DNA of 63,461 bases, counting the filler, from Octopus bimaculoides (Eukaryota), in assembly GCF_001194135.2 (NCBI RefSeq). It is 10 parts of 9 records of this genome, joined end to end, with 100 filler letters (N's around TTAATTAATTAA, not from the genome) between each part and the next. Parts side by side here need not be neighbours in the genome. Positions count along the whole stretch, not along the records: positions 5,912 to 20,718 come from NC_069000.1; positions 20,819 to 30,207 come from NC_068986.1; 8 more parts are not named here. One strand, 5' to 3'. A model generated the notes under the pieces. The model was not told the DNA's origin. It did not search any database and worked only from the letters and a program-made list of their open reading frames with translations. Positions 10,433-22,804 of this stretch are shown piece by piece; positions within the stretch are counted from its first letter, which is position 1; the number at the start of each line of letters is the position of its first letter. Made by a program: the position numbers and the translations under genes.

Positions 10433-12434
10433 ATTATGCTGTGTATCGGGATAATTCAATCGACTTCCACCACCTCTTGAGATATATATGTGTGTGTGTG
10501 TGTGTGTGGCCCTGTGCCAGTGCAATAGAAATTATTAGCAAGAACAACAAATACACTTCGACGTCATTTCTGACGTTCGTAAAGTTATATTACAATAATA
10601 TAAAATATAAAAACAGATTGGGCGGTGGGGGGAGCAGAAATATTTACCTTGTCTTAAAAAACTGTAAAGGGCAAGAGAGAGATACAGACAAATACACAAA
10701 CCGACTCCTGGTGGTGACAACATGAGGCGTACATAAAACAACGAAGGAGTGATTCCCAGTGGACGTCAGGTGTTATTTAATTTACTTCGCAGTTTCTGTT
10801 TTTGTAGAATAATATAAATACATAAACACTCTCGTACATACTGAGACACAAAACCAAGCGCACATTTCATTAAATCATTATTATCAAAAGTACCGAAAGA
10901 AGTCCTTTGATCTGTGTACATTTTTACTTGAAGCTATTATTAAGGCCAGCTATGATAATTAGCCAATTATAAGTGTGAAAATTGTAGTTTTGACATAAAC
11001 CCATCAAACGGTGGTTCTGTGCTTTTAGCGATTACGGAGGCACTTTTAATTAGACCATTGTAGCATCATCACACTCTATTCACATAGATTAACACGATTT
11101 ATGCAAATCCGTGACCTCACTGGATATGTGGGTGCCAATCGAACTCCCTCTTTTACCAAAAGCCAGTCTCAAAAGAACGGCCATTGAAATGTGATGACAC
11201 AGACAGTGTGCCAACAATGGCCAGAGCCTTTGGGCTGGAACGCGTAAAAAGGGGGGGAAAAATAATAGCCAAGTCACATCGCGACAAATTTGCACTGACC
11301 CCGTAAGCAAGAGACCCCGAAAGTGCCTTACCAATTTTGTTTGCTTTGAAGGGACAAAAATAACAACCATGACATATCAAGAAAACGGCATCGTACCCAC
11401 CTCCCTTCAATCATGCAACCAAAGCCGTTTTAGGTCGCTACAAAAATGCTACTTGTTAGTAGTGTCTCTGGGGATCTCTCTCCTAACGAATGCGAGTTCT
11501 TCGAGAGAAAGCAAAATAAATAAATAAATCGATATATGACAGTAAAAACGTGTCACAGACAGAAGTTCCCCTTCATACTCAGTAGCCCCAAANNNNNNNN
11601 NNNNNNNNNNNNNNNNNNNNNNNNNNNNNNNNNNNNNNNNNNNNNNNNNNNNNNNNNNNNNNNNNNNNNNNNNNNNNNNNNNNNNNNNNNNNNNNNNNNN
11701 NNNNNNNNNNNNNNNNNNNNNNNNNNNNNNNNNNNNNNNNNNNNNNNNNNNNNNNNNNNNNNNNNNNNNNNNNNNNNNNNNNNNNNNNNNNNNNNNNNNN
11801 NNNNNNNNNNNNNNNNNNNNNNNNNNNNNNNNNNNNNNNNNNNNNNNNNNNNNNNNNNNNNNNNNNNNNNNNNNNNNNNNNNNNNNNNNNNNNNNNNNNN
11901 NNNNNNNNNNNNNNNNNNNNNNNNNNNNNNNNNNNNNNNNNNNNNNNNNNNNNNNNNNNNNNNNNNNNNNNNNNNNNNNNNNNNNNNNNNNNNNNNNNNN
12001 NNNNNNNNNNNNNNNNNNNNNNNNNNNNNNNNNNNNNNNNNNNNNNNNNNNNNNNNNNNNNNNNNNNNNNNNNNNNNNNNNNNNNNNNNNNNNNNNNNNN
12101 NNNNNNNNNNNNNNNNNNNNNNNNNNNNNNNNNNNNNNNNNNNNNNNNNNNNNNNNNNNNNNNNNNNNNNNNNNNNNNNNNNNNNNNNNNNNNNNNNNNN
12201 NNNNNNNNNNNNNNNNNNNNNNNNNNNNNNNNNNNNNNNNNNNNNNNNNNNNNNNNNNNNNNNNNNNNNNNNNNNNNNNNNNNNNNNNNNNNNNNNNNNN
12301 NNNNNNNNNNNNNNNNNNNNNNNNNNNNNNNNNNNNNNNNNNNNNNNNNNNNNNNNNNNNNNNNNNNNNNNNNNNNNNNNNNNNNNNNNNNNNNNNNNNN
12401 NNNNNNNNNNNNNNNNNNNNNNNNNNNNNNNNNN

Positions 12435-12471
<37 letters not shown>

Positions 12472-12734
12472 GTGTGCAATATTTTTTGCATCAAATACAG
12501 CCTACAAATCAATTTTCATATTAATGTACACAACACAGGCACTCTTGATGCTCAAACACACACAACCTACACAAAGTATAAAAATTCTACGCCTACACAG
12601 AGATTACTTAAGTAATCATGATACACAAAATGCGTAACGCATACACACATACGTGTAAACTTACGCATAGACACATGCGTATCAATATGAACAGTTACGT
12701 TACACATGCGCAATACATATCTACCCGCGGCTGA

Positions 12735-13095
12735 CCGGGGAGCCTCTATGTAGTCGCTCGATGTGCTAGAAATAGCAGCTAGCTCTCCTTAATATCATGC
12801 CATGACATTTTAAAACTAGAAACACTGATAGAGTACAATAAAAGTACAATAAATGATAGCCCTCACGATTATTATTGTTGTTTAACCCCAGGTTAGCTCA
12901 GATCGAGCTGACCTGTGATTGAAATCATTCCGGCCGTGACCATCCTTTCTTTTTTATTGGAGCACAATGTATGTAGGACTACATTGTCTAATATGGCCTT
13001 TTTTAAAAAAATAAATAAAATGATCGAGGAATGTAACATGAAGGTGATTTGGCTGCTGTTTCTAGCAGGTTGCGCAACTACATAGTTGACCCCTG
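12735..13095. mobile_element. Family D old interspersed repeat: + fragment (12735-12810) and - copy (12870-13095)
   Basis: The core gctagaaatagcagccaaat recurs degenerately at about 6940, 8490, 13985, 17075, 18330, 24065, 25705, 29415, 34800 and 41090. Confidence 0.65.
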
Positions 13096-13170
13096 TGTGT
13101 TGTCAGCACTTTACTGGGTACGTTTTTACTTTTATAGATATGCAGGGTGGGGGTGGGGTGAAACCAACTT

Positions 13171-13256
13171 GGCGAAGGTAAAGAATACGCACGCCCCGGT
13201 ATTTAGGGTTAGGGTTACGCCGAAAACGGGTGGTGTGCGTATTCTTTACCTCCGCC
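13171..13256. mobile_element. Palindromic mini-element with telomeric loop, copy 1
   Basis: Arms ggcgaaggtaaagaatacgcac (13171-13192) and gtgcgtattctttacctccgcc (13235-13256) are 21/22 complementary. Internal ttagggttagggtta. Confidence 0.75.
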
Positions 13257-13574
13257 CCAATTTGACATTAACCACCCGTGTCTATTTCGATGATGGTGTG
13301 GTGTGGTTTGAGACAGGTCTTGATTGCTATTTCGGTGGGACAGGCGATGTATATACATACCGGACACAATTAGACACTCGTTCTAGAAACATTGTCTGCA
13401 TAGGTGGAATATTTCTTGATCGCGAGTGTCTTCGATCGAGACTTACCTGTGGATAAACGGCCATTACACACACACAGTACAATATCTATACCCCGTCCTC
13501 TTACAAACATAACGCACTCTTAACAAGTATGGCCGCCACCCAGAGGCAGCACTTTAGAGAGGCTGGTTTATTTT

Positions 13575-13806
13575 AGCTGGCAGAATCGTTAGCGCGCTGG
13601 ACGAAATGCTTAGCGGTATTTCGCCAGTCGCTACGTTCTGAGTTCGAATTCCGCCGAGGTCGACTTTGCCTTTTATCCCTTTGGGGGCTGATAAATTAAG
13701 TACCAGTGAAACACTGGGGTCGAAGTAATTGACTCATTCCCTTCCCCAAAATGGCTCCCCTTATGGAAAAATTTGAAACTATTATCATTATTATTATTAT
13801 TATTAT
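13575..13806 (+). mobile_element. SINE family A with (TTA)n tail
   Basis: agctggcagaatcgttagc ... gttcgaattccgccgaggtcgactttgcc. Confidence 0.85.
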
Positions 13807-14329
13807 ACGACAGTTTATTCAGTGTTTTAAGATAGTGCCGATAGTAAAATGTTATCTGGTCCCAGGTTAGTTCTTGGTGGAACAGAACTATGGTGAAAAG
13901 TACCCCCAGGCATAGCGTATTTTTATTAATTGTACCCTTTTATTTCACACAGTCGGTATGTGTGTGTGTGTGGTTTGAGGGAGATTTAGCTACTATTTCT
14001 AACAGTTCTTCGAGTGACTGCGTTGTGGTCGCTGATAGTGTTTAAAGGCTAACTTTGTAGATTTTTTTTTGTCTTTTCAAACAGCTGTAAGTTCCCACTT
14101 CACTCGCTCTCAGATATTCTAATCTCTTCATAGAAGAAGAAGAAGAAGAAGAAAAAAAAACGCATGGTTCGTGTGTTGTCTTTATATTCTGAATATTCTT
14201 GAGAAAGACACGAACTTGTCCAGTATGTATTTAGTTCCCGTCCTTTACGCTCTGAGTTCAAGTCCTGGTCCTGTCGAGTTCCAACTTTACCTTTCATTTT
14301 TCCAGAGTCATTAAAATAAAGTAGCAGCC

Positions 14330-14550
14330 ATATACGAGGGTTGTTCTATAGAATCCAGGTAATAAAAAGAAAAAAAAAAATGTCACGGAAAAAAAGTCAC
14401 AGAGGTTTTGTCCGGATCCCATAAATTAAAGTGACTTTTTTTTCCTTTCACTTCATTACAGGCCACCATATATTGTGACTTTTCTTTCTTGGCCAAAATT
14501 GTAACTTTTCTTTCTTGGCCAAAATTGTAACTTTATTACTGTGACATTAT
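14330..14550. repeat. Possible DNA-transposon remnant with GTCACA/TGTGAC motifs and a 26-bp tandem duplication
   Basis: ggaaaaaaagtcac / gtgacttttttttcc inverted motifs. acttttctttcttggccaaaattgta occurs twice at 14478-14529. Confidence 0.4.
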
Positions 14551-14700
14551 TACCTGTCACCGTTCCATGTTCCTGTCATGCATCCATTCACACATGCAGG
14601 AAGAAATTTTGTAGAAGACAGGACACCTTTGCAATTTTTGATTTTCTTTTCGATCTGCTGTTTCACTCAAAAACTTAATTATATTCGAAACGAAATAACT

Positions 14701-15030
14701 CAGGTATGGCAGTGTAGTAAGAGGTTTTGCTTCCCAACCACATGGTTCCGGGTTCAGTCCCACTGTATGGCTCCTTGGGAAAGTGTCTTCTACTATAGCC
14801 TCGGGCTGACCAAAGCGCGCACGGGTCACTATTTCATCCCCCACCACCGCTTGACAATCAGTTTTGGGGTGTTTTCGCCCCCCCCCCGTTACTTAGCAGT
14901 TCGGCAATAGACACTGATAGAATAAGAAACAGGCTTTAAAAAAAATAATAAATGCGCGGGTCAGTTCATTCGACTAAAAAGTCTGTATGGCCGCAGTCTA
15001 ATGACTGAAACAAGTAACAGATAAAAAAGA
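14701..15030 (+). mobile_element. SINE family B
   Basis: ggttccgggttcagtcccactg ... ccttgggaaagtgtcttctactatagcctcggg, with internal deletions. Confidence 0.8.
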
Positions 15031-15206
15031 CATTTAAACCGAAAGAAATGTCTGAGAACTCGGATTTACACATTCATTTGTGTCGGTAGATTAACACGGA
15101 AACTAAATGTATGTGTAGAATAGTCAAGAACGCAAGTTCGAAACTTCAGTACGTTCCATGCCCGGACTGTATGGGATATTGTCTGTACCCCATACAAAGA
15201 TTATGC

Positions 15207-15307
15207 GGCCGAGGTAAAGAATACGCAAACTACCCGTTTTCGGCGTAACCCTAAACCTAGCTCTAAGCGCCGAAAACGGATGGAGTGCATATTCTTAACC
15301 TTTGCCG
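15207..15307. mobile_element. Palindromic mini-element with telomeric loop, copy 2
   Basis: Arms of about 39 bp (…aggtaaagaatacgcaaactacccgttttcggcg / cgccgaaaacggatggagtgcatattcttaacct…) around taaccctaaacctagctctaag. Confidence 0.75.
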
Positions 15308-15403
15308 ATTATTATTGATACTCCAATATACTAAATTATTTCGTAACACGGACACATATACCCACACACACCATGCTCAATCCGTGAAGTGTGTGTGTGT
15401 ATG

Positions 15404-15458
<55 letters not shown>

Positions 15459-17604
15459 GTATGTATGTATATGCATATATGCACACGGAAGCATTTTTTA
15501 AAATATACTTATTATATGTATGTGTATAGTAAAAGTTGTCTTGTAATTTGAAAAGTAACCAACATTACACACACACGAAAACATCTTTTTCTTAAATATG
15601 CTCAGAAAAATTAAATCCACTTTTAATATTTCTTCTGCTGGCGAACAAACCCAGCCAACGGTTTAATATTAACGTTTATTATTGGACAATTACAAGTAGA
15701 CTGACTGACTGACAATTCTCTCTCTCCCTCCTCATCATCATCATCACCACCACCGAAAACTATAACGGATACCACTCCGACACGTTCCTTAGTGCCTGCT
15801 ACTCTGGCAATGATTACTATAAATTATATAGACATTTTTTGTTTGTTTCTCTTTTTAAACCACCAACGAAATTATCTGCGCATTCCTCTCTCTCTCTCCC
15901 TTTCTCTTTCTGTATGTGTGTGTATGTGTACACACACACACACACACGTATATGTAATAACTCTTTTTTTCATGCATGAGCGGATGCATTACACGTCACG
16001 CTAGCTAGCTGTTTATCCATCCGTCTATGTCTGTCTATCTATCTATCTGCCTGTCTATCTGTCTGCCTGTATCTATCTATCTATGTGTGTGTGATTTAGT
16101 TCGTATGTGTGTCTGTGTGTGAACTCAATCATTTCCAAATGGCTAGTGTCTTGTCTCTCTTTTTAATCATTAAAGTGTTTGTCTTTTAATCACATACATG
16201 CAGCGCAAACGACAAGACTACAGCTCTCCCCACCTCCACTTCTCTGTCTGCATCCCTCCTAACCCTGATTTTTCTTTCTTTCTCGTGCTGCCAAATCTTA
16301 TTGTCTCCGCGTAAAAACTCACAAATTGTACAATATACACAGACATTCGCATTAACATGGTATTTTCTTCCCTTTCTCCCAATTCACACGTTAAATTCTT
16401 TGATCCCTGCCGTCTCATTTTCACCCCTTCCTTTCTCATACTTATATAGTCATGTCTCAACTTAAAGTTGTTTCGAGTTATGTCTGTCTGTCTCGGTGTA
16501 CGTATTCAAAGGCCTAAAAATTGTTAGAATCCAATACTGAAGCGAGGAAATCAAATAAAAAAGCGTGAAAATATGTATAACCCATTTATCAAAATAAATA
16601 TAAGCTAATATATATATTTTTAAAATGTTTTTTTCGCATTACGTCGTTTTTCGTGTTAAGTCGCATTGTCTTGGAGCCAAATTATAGACGTAAGCTGAAG
16701 TATACATACACACACACACACACATTTTGCACGCACGCTCAGTTTGTTTCTTATTATTTTCCCCCTTTTCAATTATCATTTCCCGAAGCTTCCCCCCACT
16801 TTTTTTTAATTATTGTCTAACCTGTATTGTGTGACTGGCTTGAGGTTTCTCAAATCTCATTAGCTAAGTGTAATCCATATTTATTAGAACACACACACAC
16901 ACACGCACGCTGACACATCCCCCACCACCACCATCTCCACATACACACATCTAATTGAGTGTCTCTTTGTTGTGACAGAAGTGGACATCAAAATAGTCTG
17001 CTGTCACCGAATATAAAAACACATCAAAACATAATTCTCGGATCGATGAGCCAGCGAGGGAACCTCTACGAGGCTGCTAGAAATAACAGCCAGATATCAC
17101 TCAAGAAATCACACACCGTCGTCTTTCGAGAATGATTTGGAATAAATACATTGGACGTTGTAATCCTAGGCATACAAAACTACAAGATGATCACGGTTAA
17201 AACGTCTGATCGGATGTCAGCTCTGTCAAGGATGCTCGGTATCGATCTGTAATATTTAATCCATATTTATTCTTAGACATGTTTCACACGTAAACATGGA
17301 CACCGATCAACGTTATATAACTTCAAACATACTTTAAACCCATAAACTTTTATACTCTAAGTACCTCTTATGAAATAATCTGTTGCTTCTCTTATAAAAA
17401 ATCTATGGTGAAGGTAAAGAATACGTACAAGCACGCGTTTTGTTTTTATATCTTTCCAAATAGTAATAGCAATTATGATAATTTCTCCTATTATCTACAG
17501 GGGCATAGATGAGGAGGGGGGGACATCACAAGGACAGGGAACATTTTTTAATGGAGATTTACATAAAGGATGTGGAGAAAGAAATGGAAAAGACAGGGAA
17601 ATGT

Positions 17605-17770
17605 GATAAAAGGATGCGTGGCTGTGTGGTAAGAAGTTTGCTTCTCAACCACATGGTTCTGAGTTCGGTTCACCTATCTTGGACAGGTGTCTTCTTATTA
17701 TAGCCTCAGGCTGACCAAAGCCTTGTGAGTGAATTTGCTAGACAGAAACTGAAAGAAGCCTGTTGTATAT
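17605..17770 (+). mobile_element. SINE family B, head
   Basis: gtggctgtgtggtaagaagtttgctt...ccaaagccttgtgagtg...aaactgaaagaagcc. Confidence 0.8.
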
Positions 17771-18236
17771 ATATATAAGTAAAAGAATATGTATGTAAAG
17801 TTAGACAGACAGACAGATGCATATCAAATGTATTTCATAGATTAACTAAATTATGTTCATGTGTGTGAGGGTGTGTGTGTATTATCGTCATCATCATCAT
17901 CACCATTTAACGTTTGTTTTCCATGCTGGCATGATTTAAACACCATATATATATATATATGTGTGTGCGTGCGTGTGTGTATGTGTGTGTATATACGTAC
18001 ACACACATATGTATATATGTGTGTAAATGTGTGTGTGTGTGTGTGTGTAAGATACTCGTATCTGGTAGCTGTAGAAAGTTCACTAACAGTTGGTAGTGTG
18101 TGTTACATGCTATTTCCTCCTCTAGATCAATGACCTACAACTCACTCTAATTTCTAACCACACACACACATTGCTATGGAGATGTTACCATGTTGTGCTC
18201 TTCTTTCCTTTCACCTTCTGTATATAGGTTACAGCC

Positions 18237-18278
<42 letters not shown>

Positions 18279-18519
18279 CTCCCACCACTCAAAGAAATAA
18301 GTTAGCCTCGATGTGATGGTTTGACTTGTCAGAAATAGTAGCACAATTTTCCTCAAAACATGCCCTCCTAATTTTACAAGAGAATGAAACATTGTAGCTA
18401 TATGTTTTTCTTTTAGCCCTAGGACGCACGAGACTGGTTTATTACCTGGTTTCCATGACATTCAACTGACCAAGATCACAACATTTCCAGTCCATTGCAG
18501 AGTTCAAGGCTAGCAATTT

Positions 18520-18685
18520 TGAAGGGGAATGCAGGTCAATTACATTGTTTCTAGTGTTTGGCTATTGGCCTCGAAAGGAGGAAAGGCAGGGTTGACCTTG
18601 GCGGGATTTGAACTGAGAACATAAAGAGCCAGGAGAAATAACACTAGGCATTTTGTCCAGTGCACTAACAATTCTGCTAACATAG
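18520..18685 (-). mobile_element. SINE family A, degenerate
   Basis: gaaaggcagggttgaccttggcgggatttgaactgagaac is the reverse complement of the A core. Confidence 0.7.
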
Positions 18686-18920
18686 ACACACTATAGTTGA
18701 GAAAAAAAGGGAGTAATACTTTTGAGAATAGGTCTGGAATTGACAGCTAAAGAAGTGCAAATTCTTCTATTCAAGGCAGATATATGCAATTCATGTGAAT
18801 GAAGACTTCTAGAATATTCATGTGACAAGGACTAAGCATCCAAACCTAGTTGCAGACACTCTATAATTCGGTCAAAAAACTCATTTAATGCCACATGTTT
18901 TTAACACCCATGAATCGTCG

Positions 18921-19020
18921 TGGCACTCTCTGTTACGACAATGAGGGTTCCAGTTGATCCGAATCAACGGAACAGCCTGCTTGTGAGATTAATGTGCAAG
19001 TGGCTGAGCACTCCACAGAC
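18921..19020 (-). mobile_element. SINE family C, 3' terminal fragment
   Basis: gagggttccagttgatccgaatcaacggaacagcctgcttgtgagattaatgtgcaagtggctgagcactccacagac. Confidence 0.8.
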
Positions 19021-19065
19021 TTCATTTATCAATATCATACTAAAATCATAATGTGAATGCATTGT

Positions 19066-19106
19066 CTACAGGAGTCAACACTACAGGAGTCGGCACTACA
19101 GGAGTC
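19066..19106. repeat. 15-bp tandem repeat, about 2.7 units (CTACAGGAGTCRRCA)
   Basis: ctacaggagtcaaca ctacaggagtcggca ctacaggagtc. Confidence 0.8.
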
Positions 19107-20819
19107 TCTGTTAATCTGAACTTGCTGACGGTTCACCATTTTACATTTAAGTCTGTTTCTCTTTTCCTTCACCCTCCTCATACTATTTGCAATATCTTGT
19201 TTTATCTGTCTAGAACACCCCAACCACCACTCCACACACTCACACTAACCCTTAAGCATTCAATTGATCATTAACCACATTAATCCCCCCCCCCGCGCAC
19301 ACACATACACTTGGTTTTGGTATCTTCAATATAGGAGACCTTGATAAGGTTACAATTACACACACGCAAATTCGTGAAGTGTTGTATATTTTTCTTTAAG
19401 GCAGTGCTCCAGCATGACCACGGTCAAAATGACAAGCGAGTAAAATTGGAATGAAATAAAATAAATATGCAGTTGCACAGTTTGTGTAATAATTATAAAC
19501 TTGTAAATATACTAACACGCTTAGTATTCATGAGAGAGGGACATGCGTCTATCAATGTTAATCTCAGTCTTAACCGTATGCATCAACACTCATTAACAGT
19601 CACTCAAATTCACACACACACACTTTAACATGTAATTCATGCGTGCACACTTACAACCGATTATACATGCACTCTCACCAACACAGCTTATCCACATTAT
19701 ATATATATATATATATATATCGGCTGTTTTTTTTATGTTCGTTAGCTTCCTACAGCAACTGGGTTTGGTAAACTCATTTTGACATTCCTCTTTAGTCTGT
19801 TGATAGTAAAAAGAACCAAAAGCAAAAAAAGAAAAAGAAAAAGAAAAAAAAGATGCAGTAGCCAGTCAGCCAGCCACCAGTTTCCTGGTAGTACTTTTCA
19901 CAAAGCTGCAACCACTACCCTGTCCCACTTGCATTTATCCCACCCCACTTTGGACTTTGGTTGTCATTAAAAAAAAAAAAAAGGAAGAAAGAAAACGTCT
20001 GCTTGACCTGGTTATCTTTTATTCCGTTCACATACATCTACTTAAAATACATATACAAACATATATAGCATTTTTTCTTTTTTTTTAAATTTTAGACCAG
20101 ATCTATGTAACATGGGTATGGCACTGCACTCACTTTGTCAACGACTGCTAAGTTCAAATATTTATTCACCACCACAGTTACATAAGAAGCTATATATATA
20201 TATATATATATATGCATGCATGCATGTATATTTGATTAATGAGAGAGACGGAAGATGGAAGATACGAGAATGTCTCTCTCATTAATCAAATACCCAATGA
20301 ACACTGAGATAATGAATGTGTATTACCGGTAAACTGCCAGGTCTGTACCATACAATTTAACTCACACACATACACACACACACATACACACACGCACACA
20401 AGAAGCTACATTCTTTGATAAAAGAATGTCCAGGATAAATATAAAGGAAATAAGATTTTTAAATATAAAAGAATATAAGAATATCCAACGGGCGGTGCCC
20501 CAGCATGGCCACAGCCTCAAGGGTTTAAACATAAAAGTATATGAATATATTGGGTATGTGGTTAAAGTATCAGACAGCCAGGTAATGGGTCAGGTCAGGA
20601 GTTCATTCCTTACTTTTGTCTCTGAACTAGACAGGAATATTTTAATGTGGAATACAATGGGTTTTTGTACTTTTATTTATTTATTTATTTATTTATTTAG
20701 TCACCCATAACTAAGCGGNNNNNNNNNNNNNNNNNNNNNNNNNNNNNNNNNNNNNNNNNNNNTTAATTAATTAANNNNNNNNNNNNNNNNNNNNNNNNNN
20801 NNNNNNNNNNNNNNNNNNT

Positions 20820-21330
20820 CTATCGTAGTGGCATCTCCAGACCTCTTTCTTTGCAGCCTCATTTAGTGCAAGCGTACCATCATCCATGCGAACACATTTC
20901 TCTCCTACGACATCACTATTCTCTCTCCTACGACATCACTATTCTCTCTCCTACACTGTCTTGCAACACGAAATACCTCGAGTCTTTGGTCCTCATGGCG
21001 CAGAACATTGGGAAATCTTTTTTTATCTACTTCCCCTCTGGCTAAATAAACCTGTCGCCTAGCCTCCCTTCTGGCACATTGGTACAATTCCCTGCTACCA
21101 CCGTTCTTCCAGTCCTTCCAAGCCTGTTTCTTTTGTCTAATAGCCCTGTCTACCTCCTTGTTCCACCACCACATTACTCTGGGTCGAGAGGGGACCTTAC
21201 ACCAGCCACAGATCTGGTCGGTGGCTTTCAACAGGTTTTCCAGCAGAAATCTCCAATTGTCTTCCACGTTGTATGATGCTATATCCCCTTCTATTTCGTC
21301 AAATGCTTCAAGTAACTTGTCTCAAAGAAT
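20820..21330 (-). pseudogene. RTE-clade LINE ORF fragment (region between endonuclease and reverse transcriptase)
   Basis: Translation ..RPRVMWWWNKEVDRAIRQKKQAWKDWKNGGSRELYQCARREARRQVY..DVVGEKCVRMDDGTLALNEAAKKEVWRCHY has the W(W)WNxEV and KxxWxxHY motifs typical of RTE LINEs. A 24-bp internal tandem duplication at about 20900-20950 disrupts it. Confidence 0.85.
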
Positions 21331-21768
21331 CGATTAATTCCCTCCCACACAATTTGCTGGCCTTGGTCAAGATGGCAAAAGTACTACACATCTTGTTCTA
21401 TCATCAATGTCCTGAGTTTCTTAGTAGCTGTGACACCACCCTCTTTCACTGGATACTTGACAATGAATTTTACGAAAAAAAGTCTCTCGGTCATCCTCCC
21501 ATGGAATAGTTCCCAGAGGATGATTTGGTTGGTGGGTAAAATCACGAGTTGCAGATCAGTTGCAAGCTGCAGTCATTTTCCTGCTATCTTGTTGGACCAA
21601 GTGGGTGAAGGCTGCTATTGAGTTGCTCATTGGTCACTTTGTGCATCTAACTGATGGTGAAGGTCATTTGGAGTATCTAGATTGAATGAAGGAAAGTATA
21701 TAGAAACATGGCTACTTCTTGGCTATAATTATCTGCCTCAAGAGTTTATTAAACATTTAAATGTACAT

Positions 21769-21934
21769 AGGCACGCAGGAGTGGCTGTGTGGTAAGTAGC
21801 TTGCTTACCAATCGCAAGGTCTCCGGTTCAATCTTACTGCGTGGCACCTTGGGCAAGTGTCTTCTACTATAGCCTCGGGCCAGCCAAAGCCTTGTGAGTG
21901 GATTTGGTAGACGGAAACTGAAAGAAGCCCGTCG

Positions 21935-21971
<37 letters not shown>

Positions 21972-22171
21972 TTGTGTGTCTGTGTTTGTACCCCCCAACA
22001 TCGCTTGACAACCGATGCTGGTGTGTTTAGGTCATCGTAACTTAGCGGTTTGGCAAGAGAGACCAACAGAATAAGTACTAGGCTTACAAAGAATAAGTCC
22101 TGGGGTCGATTTGATTCGACTAAAGGCGCTGCTCCAGCATGGCCGCAGTCAAATGACTGAAACAAGTAAAA
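21769..22171 (+). mobile_element. SINE family B, full length (tRNA head, CORE-like domain, internal (TA)n/(TG)n)
   Basis: GCAGGAGTGGCTGTGTGGTAAG head, GGTTCAATC B-box, GCACCTTGGGCAAGTG (CORE-SINE-like motif), end gcagtcaaatgactgaaacaagtaaaa. Confidence 0.9.
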
Positions 22172-22764
22172 ACAAGAAGAACATTAATCTGCAAAGAAGT
22201 ATTGGATTGAAAGAAGTACACAAACTGAAATATGTATTGGCTCTGACCCATCACCTTGGCTTATAAGTTACCAATGATGTGGTTTTCAGAGTATGCCATG
22301 TTGCATTAAATTTTTGTCCTCTGTGAAATTGTGACCCCTATATTTTACATATAAAATAATTTTTTTTACTACAAAATGTTTGTTTTCTCAGTATGAAATT
22401 GTGACCNNNNNNNNNNNNNNNNNNNNNNNNNNNNNNNNNNNNNNNNNNNNNNNNNNNNNNNNNNNNNNNNNNNNNNNNNNNNNNNNNNNNNNNNNNNNNN
22501 NNNNNNNNNNNNNNNNNNNNNNNNNNNNNNNNNNNNNNNNNNNNNNNNNNNNNNNNNNNNNNNNNNNNNNNNNNNNNNNNNNNNNNNNNNNNNNNNNNNN
22601 NNNNNNNNNNNNNNNNNNNNNNNNNNNNNNNNNNNNNNNNNNNNNNNNNNNNNNNNNNNNNNNNNNNNNNNNNNNNNNNNNNNNNNNNNNNNNNNNNNNN
22701 NNNNNNNNNNNNNNNNNNNNNNNNNNNNNNNNNNNNNNNNNNNNNNNNNNNNNNNNNNNNNNNN

Positions 22765-22799
<35 letters not shown>

Positions 22800-22804
22800 T
22801 ACAT

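Noticed and set aside
13049-13456. 135-codon ORF
   Set aside because: It runs through a family D repeat, the telomeric hairpin element and degenerate repeat sequence; no recognisable protein motif.
13530-13552. CTCF-like gccacccagaggcagca
   Set aside because: It mismatches the key AG positions of the CTCF core in either register.
14061-14092. Strong acceptor followed by CT and GTAAGT (2-nt exon or offset recursive site)
   Set aside because: It is not a canonical AG|GT junction, and a 2-nt exon is implausible without data.
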